Part shown: piece by piece, positions 27,888 to 36,984 of the stretch
How the letters are laid out: each line of letters begins with the position of its first letter
How positions within the stretch are numbered: the stretch's first letter is position 1
Origin: Candidatus Cloacimonadota bacterium
GTDB lineage: Bacteria > Cloacimonadota > Cloacimonadia > Cloacimonadales > WRIO01
Reading direction: 5' to 3'
Assembly: GCA_029553545.1 (NCBI GenBank)
Contig: JAKPKU010000141.1
Span: forward strand, 2,418-66,417
DNA length: 64,000 nucleotides
The notes under the pieces: generated by a model
Told to the model about the DNA's origin: nothing
The model's database searches: none
The model's input: only the letters and a program-made list of their open reading frames with translations
Made by a program: the position numbers and the translations under genes

Positions 27888-29609
27888 ATGAAAAAGCTAT
27901 TTCTACTGCTACTTGGTATTACATTATTTAGCATTATTCAAGCAAAAGAATGGCTGTTTTTCGTCTATATGGCAGCAGATAATGGGCTATATCAATATGC
28001 AATCGACGATATAAACAAGCTTGAAGCTGGCATTCAAGATAATATGGAGATAATAGTCTTTATCGATCACTTAACTGGTTCTGACAAAGAAGGCGCAGAG
28101 GTTTTGCGAATAGTAAAAGACACATCTTCACGGATTGTCTCGCCACGAGTTAAGTATTATGGAGATGTTAATAGTGGTGACTATCGTGTTTTAAACCAGT
28201 TTATGAAATGGGGGCAATCGCATTATTCTGGCAAGAATGAAGTCATGATTGTTTGGTCTCATGGTACGGGCTGGTTTAGAGGTGAGGCAAAGCACGTATG
28301 CCCAGACAACGATTATAGCTCAGCAATTAGTGTGTCAAATGGCGAATTAAAGAAAGCTTTTCATGGCTTGAGACGCAAGTTTGATCTCTTGTTTTTTGAT
28401 GCTTGTTTGATGGGTAATATGGAAACAATGGTCGAAATTAAAGAGTCTTGCAATTACTATATGGCATCAATCACAGAGATGCCAGCCTTTGGCTTGCCAT
28501 GGGTTGAGATACTAAATGAATGGAATAATTATACTGAAAAAATAGATAAGTACAATAGCATTATAACCCACTATATCGAGTCGTATGAGTTTGGGGGTAG
28601 TCATAACCCACATGGTGATTATTATTACTCTTTAGCATTGTTTTTGGCGCAAATAAGTGCATTAGAACCTGTATTGGATCAGCTTACTTATTTCTCTAAT
28701 ACTTTTGCCTCTGATGCATCTTTGCCTGTGTTTTCAAACGCACGCAATAACTGCTTGCCATTTAATGATATGCAAGCAGACATCGAGATTAAGCAGTATT
28801 TTGAGCTTTTAAAAGAGAGTAGTCAATATGGTAGCGGTCTGTGGGATACCTCTGATAATATGCTAAGTTTACTCGATATGCTGTTCATCAAATCAGGCTC
28901 AAGCAACTTGATAGTAAATGGTTATGCAAGTATCTGGTACCCTATTTATGAGGATGTTTTTTACGAGATTTATATCTATTTATATCATAATTTAGGCATT
29001 AATCAAACACAGTTCAGCAGATTCCTGAACTATACATTTGGAGAAGATACAAGACCGCCCAACTCCATTCAAGTATTAGATGTAAGTCAAGCTTTAAATA
29101 GCTTGTATTTAAAATGGGAGGCACCAATAGATCCATGTCCACTACAATACCAAATTGAGGTTTACGCTGATGGACAGCGTGTTTTGACTGATATAATTGA
29201 GAATACAAGTTTTACTTATACTTTTGATCATGAGGTGCAAAATGGTAAAATAGCTATTTGCGCAATTGATGAAGCAGGCAATAAATCTGCCTTTAATAAT
29301 GCAAATTATAATAAGAAAACAGAGCAGAAACGCATAGCTTATATCAGTCCTAATCCTGTTTACGATACCAATACAGCAAAGATTCATTGGCTAAGCGATC
29401 ATAATACTTCAAAAATGGAGATTAAACTATATACAATATCTGGTGATTTGGTAGGAACAAAAACTTTGATGAATCTTTCACAAGGAGAGCATGTATTCCC
29501 TTTAAATGAACTCATAAAAGGAGATAGAAAGCTATCCACAGGGTTATACACATTGGTTTTAAAAGGTGACGATTTTATGGTGAAAATTCAATTCGCAATT
29601 ATATGCTAA
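27888..29609 (+). CDS. C11 (clostripain-family) cysteine peptidase with T9SS-type C-terminal domain
   Basis: I prefer the ATG at 27888 (MKKLFLLLLGITLFSIIQA signal peptide). His/Cys dyad contexts VWSHGTGW and FFDACLMG. C-terminal ISPNPVY...TGLYTLVLKG domain. Confidence 0.8.
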   Translation: MKKLFLLLLGITLFSIIQAKEWLFFVYMAADNGLYQYAIDDINKLEAGIQDNMEIIVFIDHLTGSDKEGAEVLRIVKDTSSRIVSPRVKYYGDVNSGDYRVLNQFMKWGQSHYSGKNEVMIVWSHGTGWFRGEAKHVCPDNDYSSAISVSNGELKKAFHGLRRKFDLLFFDACLMGNMETMVEIKESCNYYMASITEMPAFGLPWVEILNEWNNYTEKIDKYNSIITHYIESYEFGGSHNPHGDYYYSLALFLAQISALEPVLDQLTYFSNTFASDASLPVFSNARNNCLPFNDMQADIEIKQYFELLKESSQYGSGLWDTSDNMLSLLDMLFIKSGSSNLIVNGYASIWYPIYEDVFYEIYIYLYHNLGINQTQFSRFLNYTFGEDTRPPNSIQVLDVSQALNSLYLKWEAPIDPCPLQYQIEVYADGQRVLTDIIENTSFTYTFDHEVQNGKIAICAIDEAGNKSAFNNANYNKKTEQKRIAYISPNPVYDTNTAKIHWLSDHNTSKMEIKLYTISGDLVGTKTLMNLSQGEHVFPLNELIKGDRKLSTGLYTLVLKGDDFMVKIQFAIIC

Positions 29610-29897
29610 ATAGAGATATATGACTATTCATTGTGCTATGTGTATAAGATGTGCATAACTCAGTAAAAACACGCTATAAATGCCGTAAATAAAGAAAAAG
29701 AGAGCTTTGAAATAGAAAATAAACTGTCAAAAAAGTTAAGAAAAATCGAGACAAAGAACTCTGAGTATTGTTAAAAAATATCAAATAAAAGAGTTTCATA
29801 ATCAACTTTTTTTTCTTTCAATCTTTATCTTTTAAAAAGGCATCAAATTTTATAAATACATCTTTGGAAGAATAAGTTTAAAAAGTTTTCATCGGCA

Positions 29898-29976
29898 AAG
29901 GCTATTGCATAGTACCCAAATTAACTAATAAGAGAATAAAGCAGAATAATAAATTAAAACTATACTCTCTGTATAA
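29898..29976 (-). repeat. 5'-module-only relative (Y) of the intergenic element family
   Basis: The reverse complement TATACAGAGAGTATAGTTTTAATTTATTATTCTGCTTTATTCTCTTATTAGTTAATTTGGGTACTATGCAATAGCCTTT aligns with 13662-13738. Confidence 0.65.
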
Positions 29977-29980
29977 ATGA

Positions 29981-30013
29981 AAAAGGAGCAGTTTTCACTG
30001 CTCCTTTTTTTTA
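29981..30013. terminator. Bidirectional-looking terminator hairpin between convergent genes
   Basis: AAAAAGGAGCAG-ttttca-CTGCTCCTTTTTTTT, with A-run and T-run flanks, immediately 3' of the minus-strand M16 gene. Confidence 0.75.
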
Positions 30014-30022
30014 TTAATAAGA

Positions 30023-32935
30023 TCAATCAAAAACAGATATAACTGTTTGGAATAGATCGAGGTTCTCTTTTATTTTGCCTTCACTGCCAAAAACGCAATA
30101 GCGGTTTTGATCCATTACACCTTCGACAACATCAGCAAGTTTACGAATATCTTCAAGTTGAGTTGCTAATATTTCATTGCGGTTCGTTTGCATATACTCA
30201 TTATTAATGTTTGAGAAGTAGCATCTGTCAGCATTCGCACCCTTTACAGACGGAGTTTCAGGTTGGTCAAAATCACTAATTGTTCCGATGATATACTTAG
30301 TCAGTTCTCTCTCATTTATATCAAGATTCCTCAAGAAGTTTGGAAGCATATCATATGTGTTTAAACTCTCTTTCAGATTAGGATCGCGATAAGAATTAGC
30401 AATTAATGTTCCTGAATAATTAATTTCAAACAATGCTCCATAAGCACCACCTAATACTCTGATATTGTTCCAGAGATAGTCTAACCTTGCGATGGTTCGC
30501 ATTACTCTCATAGAGCCATTATACTCATGATTAAGTGCTTTGAAATTGTATCCTTTGCAAACATATTGGACCTTGCCAGGAGTCAAGAAGGCTTCATTTT
30601 CTTTAATAAGTTCGAACTGATAATCGTTTTGTGCGAGCTTTTCTTGATTGATTTTTTGTATAAACTTATTATTCATTTCTTTAAAAGCTTTGAAATCTTC
30701 ATTAGGGGCGGTGAAAGAAATATATAAGTTGTTTGCATTAAAGATTTTCTGCGCTATGCTTTTCAGTTTATTTGAGATATTTTCTTTATTTTTGTCAAAG
30801 TCTTTTGCAATTCTTTTTAGGAAGAAATAATGTTCTACGCCGCTTATGTTTTCAGCATAAGCACCAACTTGTGAGAAATATGCAAGTAAGCGTCTGCTTG
30901 CATAAAGAGATCCACCATTTATCAAGCCCAATTCTTTGCTTGATTTTTCTTGGTTAATAATCTCAAGTATTCTTTCGTAGTCATCAAAGTCGGTATCTAA
31001 AACGATTTCTTCTATTATTTCGACAAGCTTATCCAGTTTACTTGAAAGTGCTTTTGCTGATACACAAAACTTTGACTCATAAATATTTGTATTATCTTTA
31101 TTGCCGTATATTGCTGTGCTAAAGCCAATGCCGCCAGTATGGATATTGATGATGTTTGACAAGTCAGCATAATTTCTTTTTTTAGTAGAAATAGAACCTA
31201 AAAGTGCGCTAAGCAGAGAAATGTATTGTATATCTTCTTGATTTATTGTCTTGGTCTCAAAATAATAATGGATATAAGTAATACCATTGGTAAACATTGG
31301 GTGATGTAAATAGCTCGATGCACCATATTGTTCCACTATTGTTTCATATGTTTTTTCTTTTTTATCGATATCTTTTAGAGACAATAAGGGGATTGTCTCT
31401 AAATCTTTAGGAGAATCAGGCTTTTGTTGCTTTTCTTTTAATTTCATGGAATCATAATTAATTTTCTCAAGATCTTGCTCAGATAAGCTATTCTTTATTT
31501 TCTGTAAATCTCTTCTCAAATTCTCGTTATTCAGTTCTGTCAGCCCTTTTTTAGGTTTCATAGTAACAATACAACGATGGTTATTCTTTAAAATATAGTG
31601 TTGGATGAGTGTTTCAAGGTAATTGGTTGTTAAGGCTTGTTTTACTTCAGATAGTCTGTTTTCATACTCTAAAGGCTCGATTGGATCGAAATCATGAGTC
31701 CAATTACACATAGAGTTAAAGATATAGAATAATCCTTTTGGAAAGCCTGAGAAATCAGCTTCTCTCAACAAGAACTCTTTAATATTGATTGATGCTTCGA
31801 TGAGAGACTTATCGATGCCTTTGGCACACAATTCGGTTAAAGTGTTTTCAATGATAGCCTCAAATTCAGCACATTTATTCTCTGCTGCATCTTTAACAAA
31901 TATAGTAAAAACAGGTTGTTTTGAGCAGCTATCAAAGTGTCCCATTACATCTTTGCCGATTCCAGCTTTAATTAATGCATTCTTTAGTGGTGCAGCAGGC
32001 GTATCCAATAATAAATGAGAAATCACTTCAAAAGCAAAGTTTATTTCTGGATTGTTTTTTGTGTCAATGAGGTATTGAACGCCGTACCAATGCTTATTTT
32101 GATCATTCTCGTCTGAAGAAATAGGATACTCTATCTCTTTGCGGGTAGGCTCTGAATGTAGTGTTTGTACGGAAACCCCAGTATTAATATCTTGTACTTT
32201 AAACTTGCTTAAAGCTTCATCATCAAGTAACTTGAGATAATCGTCAAGATTCAGTTTGCCATATAAATATATATAGGAATTTGATGGGTGATAATGTTTT
32301 TTATGAAACTCTATAAAATCAGCCTGAGTTAGTGCAGGAATAGCGTCTGGATCGCCACCCGATTCAAACCTATAGGGAGTGTCGGGAAATAAACCAGCGC
32401 TTAGTGCACGAAACATATTTCTCATTGGTGAAGAATATGCACCTTTCATTTCATTATAAACAACGCCACTAATCTCTAATTCTTTGCTTTCAGGGTTTAT
32501 TTCGTAGTGCCAGCCTTCTTGTTGCAATATCTTTTCATCTTTATAAACGTTTGGGAAAAAAACTGAATCAAGATATACTTCCATCAAGTTCTTGAAGTCT
32601 TTATCATTCATGCTCGCAACAGGATATAATGTGTAATCACTGGCTGTCATCGCATTTAAAAAAGTATTCAATGATCCTTTTAATAATTCAACAAATGGCT
32701 CTTTTGTTGGGTATTTTTTGGAACCACATAGTACAGAATGTTCCATAATGTGTGCAACACCAGTATCGTCTGTGGGTGGTGTTCTAAATCCAATTGCAAA
32801 GACTTTATTGTCGTCGTCTGCATCTATGTGAATTAAACGTGCTCCGCTTTTATCGTGGCTATAAATGCTTACATCAGCATTGATTTCATCAACATGCCTG
32901 GTTTCTCTAATGGTAAATCCATATTTGCTCATCAA
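30023..32935 (-). CDS. M16C insulinase-family metallopeptidase (PreP-like, ~970 aa)
   Basis: Inverted zinc motif HIMEH within GVAHIMEHSVLCGSKKYP; four-domain length typical of presequence-protease-like M16C enzymes. Confidence 0.85.
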   Translation of the reverse strand: MMSKYGFTIRETRHVDEINADVSIYSHDKSGARLIHIDADDDNKVFAIGFRTPPTDDTGVAHIMEHSVLCGSKKYPTKEPFVELLKGSLNTFLNAMTASDYTLYPVASMNDKDFKNLMEVYLDSVFFPNVYKDEKILQQEGWHYEINPESKELEISGVVYNEMKGAYSSPMRNMFRALSAGLFPDTPYRFESGGDPDAIPALTQADFIEFHKKHYHPSNSYIYLYGKLNLDDYLKLLDDEALSKFKVQDINTGVSVQTLHSEPTRKEIEYPISSDENDQNKHWYGVQYLIDTKNNPEINFAFEVISHLLLDTPAAPLKNALIKAGIGKDVMGHFDSCSKQPVFTIFVKDAAENKCAEFEAIIENTLTELCAKGIDKSLIEASINIKEFLLREADFSGFPKGLFYIFNSMCNWTHDFDPIEPLEYENRLSEVKQALTTNYLETLIQHYILKNNHRCIVTMKPKKGLTELNNENLRRDLQKIKNSLSEQDLEKINYDSMKLKEKQQKPDSPKDLETIPLLSLKDIDKKEKTYETIVEQYGASSYLHHPMFTNGITYIHYYFETKTINQEDIQYISLLSALLGSISTKKRNYADLSNIINIHTGGIGFSTAIYGNKDNTNIYESKFCVSAKALSSKLDKLVEIIEEIVLDTDFDDYERILEIINQEKSSKELGLINGGSLYASRRLLAYFSQVGAYAENISGVEHYFFLKRIAKDFDKNKENISNKLKSIAQKIFNANNLYISFTAPNEDFKAFKEMNNKFIQKINQEKLAQNDYQFELIKENEAFLTPGKVQYVCKGYNFKALNHEYNGSMRVMRTIARLDYLWNNIRVLGGAYGALFEINYSGTLIANSYRDPNLKESLNTYDMLPNFLRNLDINERELTKYIIGTISDFDQPETPSVKGANADRCYFSNINNEYMQTNRNEILATQLEDIRKLADVVEGVMDQNRYCVFGSEGKIKENLDLFQTVISVFD

Positions 32936-33044
32936 TTTCTCCTTTATCCTTTTTTACTATTTATTCAAAATAATGTAGCAAATAGCATGCCAAATTATTG
33001 TTTTTTAGTGTGATAAGTGATAATTCTTAAGACAAATTACCACA

Positions 33045-33308
33045 ATGTGGAGTAAAAAAAATATGCAATGATGAAAAATCATCTAGCCAAAAAGTTGCCA
33101 AATTTATTCTTTTTATACGGACAAAAAATATCCAAATAATCATAATCTCATACCTATTTTTCTCACTTTTCTCTATTTCTTTGGTCATGCTCCTAAATAT
33201 CTTTATTTCAGTGTGTTATCCTTGTGACTCCCTTTACATTCCCCTTGCTATCTTGGAGAATGAAAGGAGATCTTATAGGAATCAAAAGGGAATGAAAGGG
33301 AGATTTAT
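33045..33308 (+). repeat. Copy C of the ~275-nt intergenic element (core 33221-33308; 5' boundary approximate)
   Basis: Carries TTGCCAAATTTATTCTTTTTATA..ACAAAAAATATCC..TTTTTCTCACTTTTC, then the core CTTGTGACTCCCTTTACATTCCCCTTGCTATCTTGGAGAATGAAAGGAGATCTTATAGGAATCAAAAGGGAATGAAAGGGAGATTTAT. Confidence 0.85.
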
Positions 33309-33731
33309 TGTTGATTTTTCTTGATAAAAGAGATTGAGGATTTTGGTATAATTCTACTTCTTAATATCATGAAAAGATAATTCCTAATCTAACCGAGATG
33401 TCGTATATAGTTTGCTTCTAATATTGGCAAATACAAACTTCTCATTATTAACAGCTTAGGATAGATGCAAGTACATAGGATATGGTCTGCTATTGGTCAA
33501 TTCAAATAACAGTCCATCAAGCCTTATTTAGGCTCACAGTCTTGAAGAATAATAAATAAAACGTGAGTTTCGAGTGTTGCAAGTCTTTTTAGTATTATGC
33601 ATTAAACTTTTATTATGAATTATTTTATGCTTAGTCTTTAGCTATTTTGCGAGTTAAGGTAAATACGAATAGTTTTTGCTTGACATAATTGTTATTATTA
33701 AAAATAGTCAATTTGGAATATTGGAGGGTTT

Positions 33732-34523
33732 GTGCAAAAGATTAAAGATATTGCTATGAGCGTTTTTGAAATAGATGAGCAGGCATTGTGCTTTTGCTTT
33801 GGAGGTCATGAAATCTGTTTGAATTGTAAAGAGTGTCGTAAAGATCGCCAGTCTCAAGTTGTTGACGTGGATGATGATATTATGCTCAATGAATATCTCG
33901 ATCACACTCTTCTAAAGCCAGAAGCGCAGTATGCTGATATTGTAAAACTGTGTGATGAGGGACAAAGATATGGCTTTAAGTCAATCTGCATCAATCCATC
34001 TTTTGTGAGTTCTGCTAAACAAATAAATAGTGAAGTTAAAATATGTACAGTGATAGGTTTTCCTTTGGGTGCTCATACAAGTGAAGTGAAGCTTTTTGAA
34101 GCAGAGACAGCGATTAATGAAGGCGCATCAGAGCTGGATATGGTGATCAATATTGGGGCGCTCAAAGATCAAGAATATAGTAGAATTATTGATGAGATTT
34201 GGTCGATAAAACAGTTGTGTAAAGAAAAAGATTTGCTCTTGAAAGTGATAATAGAAACGGCTTTATTGCAAAAAGAAGAGATAATAATTGCATGTTTATT
34301 GGCAAAAAAAGCAGGCGCTGATTTTGTAAAGACATCTACAGGATTTGCCAATGGCGGTGCAACAGTAAGCGATGTAAGTTTAATGAGGCAAGTAGTGGGT
34401 ACAAAAATGGGGGTTAAAGCCTCTGGTGGAATACGTACGAGAGAAGATGCCGTCAATATGCTCAGATCTGGAGCTAATCGCATTGGCACAAGCAATGCCG
34501 TAAGCATGATGAATGAAAAATAA
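33732..34523 (+). CDS. deoC: Deoxyribose-phosphate aldolase, possibly with a 50-aa Cys-rich N-terminal extension
   Basis: LDHTLLKPEA, VCTVIGFPLG, DMVINIG, FVKTSTGF and GVKASGGIR motifs. The GTG at 33732 follows GGAGGG. A canonical-length alternative start is the ATG at 33882 (MLNEYLDHTLL). Confidence 0.85.
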   Translation: MQKIKDIAMSVFEIDEQALCFCFGGHEICLNCKECRKDRQSQVVDVDDDIMLNEYLDHTLLKPEAQYADIVKLCDEGQRYGFKSICINPSFVSSAKQINSEVKICTVIGFPLGAHTSEVKLFEAETAINEGASELDMVINIGALKDQEYSRIIDEIWSIKQLCKEKDLLLKVIIETALLQKEEIIIACLLAKKAGADFVKTSTGFANGGATVSDVSLMRQVVGTKMGVKASGGIRTREDAVNMLRSGANRIGTSNAVSMMNEK

Positions 34524-34544
34524 ATTTAAAGATAAATAGGATTA

Positions 34545-35933
34545 ATGATGAAAATATTATTAGCTGGTTACAATATAGATATTGAGTTGATAAAAAAACT
34601 TGAAAATCAAGAGTTAGCTACTCCCGAAACTATTTCAGCTGCTTATGCAAGAATAAGCAGGAGTGAAAAAGACGTCACGAGTTTACGCAATGAATCTCTT
34701 CAAGAAGTTGAAAAGGCAAGAAAGTCCAATGCAAATATTATTTATGAAATGGGGCATAGTTCCATTGCAGAGCATGCTATGTTTAACTTTGATTTAATTG
34801 GTATTTCGCGCTTGATGTCTGAGCTGATACATCGTAGCAGGCTCGCATCTTTTACTGAAAAATCTCAAAGGTATGTTACTCTCCAGGGTGATTATGTCGT
34901 ACCTGAAGAAATAAAAGATAATAAGGCATTATTAAACGAATTTCATGCAATGATAGAAAAGCAGAATCATCTCTATGAAAGCTTGTATAACAGAGGTGTC
35001 GATTATTTAAAGAGTACTGGTTTTGAAGGAAAAAGACGAGAACTTGAGGGTAAAGCAAAAGAAGATGCACGATATGTCCTTTCTTTAGCAACACAAACTC
35101 AAATGGGCATTACAATCAACGGAAGGTCGCTTGAAAGACTATTGAGAAGGTTAGATGGTTCGCCACTAATAGAAGCCAAAGCCCTAAAAGAGTCAATAGA
35201 AAAAGAAGTAAAACATATTGCACCATCCATAATCAAGTACACTAATTCAGATAGTTTTGGTGAGCTAATCAGCACAAAACCTACTGTTTTTGAGCAACAA
35301 GTAATAAAGGCAAATATAATTGACATAAGCAAAGACGCAGAAAAAAGCATCTTAATAGCACATTTGATGGACTTATCTGGCTACTCTTATATTCAAGCAA
35401 AGAGTATAGTTGAAAATATGAATCAAGAGGAGATTGCGTGTGCTTTTCAGTCTATATTTAAAGATTTAAAGTCATATCATAGTGTACCACGCTCGTTTGA
35501 AATGTGTGATATTACTTTTGAACTATCAATGAGTTCATCCTGTTTTGCACAGTTAAAACGCCACAGAATGGCATCGATTTACCGATCCTCTTACCATCCA
35601 TCTTTATCATATGTAATTCCACCACTTTTACGAGAGTTACATGCAGAAAAAGAAATAGAAGACTTGATGGCATTATCGACTAATTTATACAACAAATTTG
35701 AAGGCATTAAACCAGGCTTAGGGGCATATTGCATGACAAATGCTCATTATATCAATGTTTTAATGAAACTAAACTTACGCGAGCTGTATCATTTTGTTAG
35801 ACTTAGATCAGATATGCACGCACAATGGGAAATAAAGCAGCTATCAGATGAAATTGTACCATTGGTAAAGACACTTCTACCAAATTCCGCTCAATTCTTG
35901 TTTGGTAAAGATGAGTTTACTCGTGAGTATTAG
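34545..35933 (+). CDS. thyX: FAD-dependent thymidylate synthase, tandem two-domain form
   Basis: The first half has HRSRLASFTEKSQRY, a variant of the ThyX RHR..S.RY motif. The second half has RHRMAS and LRSDMHAQWEI. At 462 aa it is about twice a normal ThyX. Confidence 0.75.
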   Translation: MMKILLAGYNIDIELIKKLENQELATPETISAAYARISRSEKDVTSLRNESLQEVEKARKSNANIIYEMGHSSIAEHAMFNFDLIGISRLMSELIHRSRLASFTEKSQRYVTLQGDYVVPEEIKDNKALLNEFHAMIEKQNHLYESLYNRGVDYLKSTGFEGKRRELEGKAKEDARYVLSLATQTQMGITINGRSLERLLRRLDGSPLIEAKALKESIEKEVKHIAPSIIKYTNSDSFGELISTKPTVFEQQVIKANIIDISKDAEKSILIAHLMDLSGYSYIQAKSIVENMNQEEIACAFQSIFKDLKSYHSVPRSFEMCDITFELSMSSSCFAQLKRHRMASIYRSSYHPSLSYVIPPLLRELHAEKEIEDLMALSTNLYNKFEGIKPGLGAYCMTNAHYINVLMKLNLRELYHFVRLRSDMHAQWEIKQLSDEIVPLVKTLLPNSAQFLFGKDEFTREY

Positions 35934-36032
35934 TTGTTTTATGACACCATTTAGGGTTCTTGTTTATTGCTAAAAAATGTTCTTGACAAAATTAGCTGAG
36001 ATTAATTATTTTACAACATAAGTGAGGTATTT

Positions 36033-36926
36033 ATGAAAAATGTTAGACCGCTATTAATAATTGTTTTAATATTGCTTGCCGCAATTGTTATATTTACATT
36101 AATGCAGAATAGTAAATTAAAACAAGAAAATGACAAAGTAAAAGACTACTTTTCACAAACTCTTGAAGCGCTAAATGAGATTCAAGATTCTTTATCAGAA
36201 ATTGATACTCAAGATTTGATTGTTAAACGTATGGCAAGAAACCAAGAAGTCGACGGTCAAGTGATGGATAGTAAAGAACGGATTATGTCGTCAATTCAAA
36301 GTATTAACGATTATGTGGCTCTCAATAAAGAAAGATTAAATAATCTTGAGCAAAATTTGCAGGAAAGAAATATCAAAATTGATGGTTTGCAACGTATGAT
36401 TGACACGCTCAAAAAGAATATTGCTGAAAAAGAAGCCATCATTGTACAGATGAATGAAAGGATCGATGATCTTGAATTGCTGGTTGCCAAAGAACGAATT
36501 AAGTATGAAAATGAATTGGCAGAAAACTATGAAAAGATCAATCTCCAAAAAAACCTGATTGAAACCCAAGACGCTACAATATCAGAGCATGAAGCAACCA
36601 TTAAAAAGCAAACAGAAGAGGTAAACACTGTTTATTATGTGGTTGGAAAAAAGAAAGAGCTCATTGACAATGGTTTTATGACTAAAGGCGGCTTCTTTAA
36701 AAAAGCTAAAAAGTCTGGTGATTATAATATAGAATCAATGGTTGCTCTTAATCTTTTGGAGGAAAATTCAATTCAGTTGAATGCAAAATTAAAAAACACA
36801 AAAGTATTGAGTGATCAAAGTATTCATTCATATATTTTAGAAGAAAACAATAATGAAACGGTCTTAAAAATCACAGATATAAATGAATTTCGTAAAGTAA
36901 AATATCTTATTATACAAGTAGATTAG
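36033..36926 (+). CDS. Membrane-anchored coiled-coil protein, function unknown
   Basis: N-terminal TM, a long heptad-like region rich in E/K/L/N, and a C-terminal globular part (VYYVVGKKKELIDNGF...). Confidence 0.55.
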   Translation: MKNVRPLLIIVLILLAAIVIFTLMQNSKLKQENDKVKDYFSQTLEALNEIQDSLSEIDTQDLIVKRMARNQEVDGQVMDSKERIMSSIQSINDYVALNKERLNNLEQNLQERNIKIDGLQRMIDTLKKNIAEKEAIIVQMNERIDDLELLVAKERIKYENELAENYEKINLQKNLIETQDATISEHEATIKKQTEEVNTVYYVVGKKKELIDNGFMTKGGFFKKAKKSGDYNIESMVALNLLEENSIQLNAKLKNTKVLSDQSIHSYILEENNNETVLKITDINEFRKVKYLIIQVD

Positions 36927-36984
36927 TTGTTTACTTGATTATAAATAAAAAGCAATTCTTACTAAGAAAAAGTATGGAGGTAGT

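Noticed and set aside
33470-33530. GGATATGG (33478-33485) upstream of deoC/thyX resembles the purine or 2'-dG riboswitch L2 loop.
   Set aside because: I could not build the P1/P2/P3 three-way junction. The J2/3 and L3 consensus elements are absent. The site is about 250 nt from the start codon with a promoter-like TTGACA in between.
36927-36984. Possible glmS ribozyme upstream of glmS.
   Set aside because: The gap is only 58 nt and contains little beyond an RBS, which is far too short for the ribozyme.
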